Source: Podarcis cretensis (lineage: Eukaryota). From it: 64,000 bases of DNA. A program made the position numbers and the translations under genes. Under the pieces are notes generated by a model. The model was not told where the DNA came from. It made no database searches and was given only the letters and a program-made list of their open reading frames with translations. The stretch is from positions 87,110,001 to 87,174,000 of the forward strand of contig OX638149.1 of NCBI GenBank assembly GCA_951804945.1, given 5' to 3'. Below are positions 63,178-64,000 of this stretch, in pieces; the first letter of the stretch is position 1, and every line of letters starts with the position of its first letter.

Positions 63178-64000
63178 CAGAGTTCTATCCACAGATCAGA
63201 AACCCTGGGGGGATTTAATTTCCAGCTTGGGGTAGGGGCAGGGAAGGAAGTGGGGCCTTGTGGGTTAGAGTATCAAACCAGGCCAGGGCTCCAGGGCTCT
63301 CGCTCTTCTCTTTCTAGGAAGATGGGATGCAGAGGCCCTGGCTGTGAATTAAGCCCCCCATGAAGTGAGTGCAGGTAAGGTTTACATTAAATGGAAAAAC
63401 AAATTATGAATCGTAGGAGCAGGCCAATGCGGCGCAGCACGAAGCTGTCTGTCAGGGGCCGGCACCTCATGAATATTCAGTGCTCAAGTTCAGCACTAAA
63501 TCTCATTGGCATGTCAGGGACCATTAGCTAGACAAGGTGTGCTTGTGTGTATGTGTGTAGGTGGGAAAAGAGATAGAAAAGGGCAGCAAACTCTCATACA
63601 CTCAGGTAAAGAGAAGAGGCTTGATTTGAGGCCTACATGGGAATTACCCCAGGACAAACCAATGGCATCTGAAACTCCCCTTGCCAGACAGGTCTGTTGT
63701 GAGATAAGGGCAATGTCTAAACACTGGTAACATGTCACTACCTTGGTTTATAAAACACAACTGCCTTCAGCCAGATGGTCAACAAGACCAGCAGCAATCA
63801 ACTTTGGCTTAAAGGAGAGGACCTTCCTGGCTTCTACCATTCTCCCCCCACCTTTGGGCTACGTTCTCAAGTTGAAGCACACAACCATGGCAATTTCAAA
63901 GTCACCTTTCATAATAAGTCTCCAGTTCTGTGCATAGTTACTTGGGAGTTAGATCCCTTTGAAATCAGTAGGGCTTCCTTTAAGTCAGCAGGAACACGGT

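Overview
This is vertebrate genomic DNA from a squamate reptile, most likely a lacertid lizard, judged from its repeats (Sauria SINE, Squam-type tRNA SINEs, lacertid-type LINE tails and MITEs). I can support only one protein-coding feature: the first coding exon of ASIC4 (acid-sensing ion channel 4) on the minus strand, from the ATG at 15004 to a phase-0 GT donor after 14429, inside a ~3 kb CpG island. Bases 1-14428 are ASIC4 intron 1, where I found no exon 2. Bases ~17650-64000 are upstream non-coding DNA with no recognisable exons. Both regions mix decayed LINEs (CR1, L2, Penelope), SINEs, hAT and Tc1/mariner MITEs and microsatellites with many repeat-free, CpG-retaining, motif-rich blocks that look like conserved enhancers. 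The most interesting observations are: an ASIC1-like proton-sensor motif retained in this ASIC4; a Meis/E-box-N9-GATA composite and an overlapping out-of-frame uORF in the ASIC4 leader; hammerhead-ribozyme relics on Penelope fragments, one next to a ~158 bp hairpin; and a Tigger1-like MITE. I see no convincing evidence of a wholly new biological system. Repeat family names and cross-species comparisons come from recalled consensus sequences, not database searches. Many repeat boundaries are approximate.
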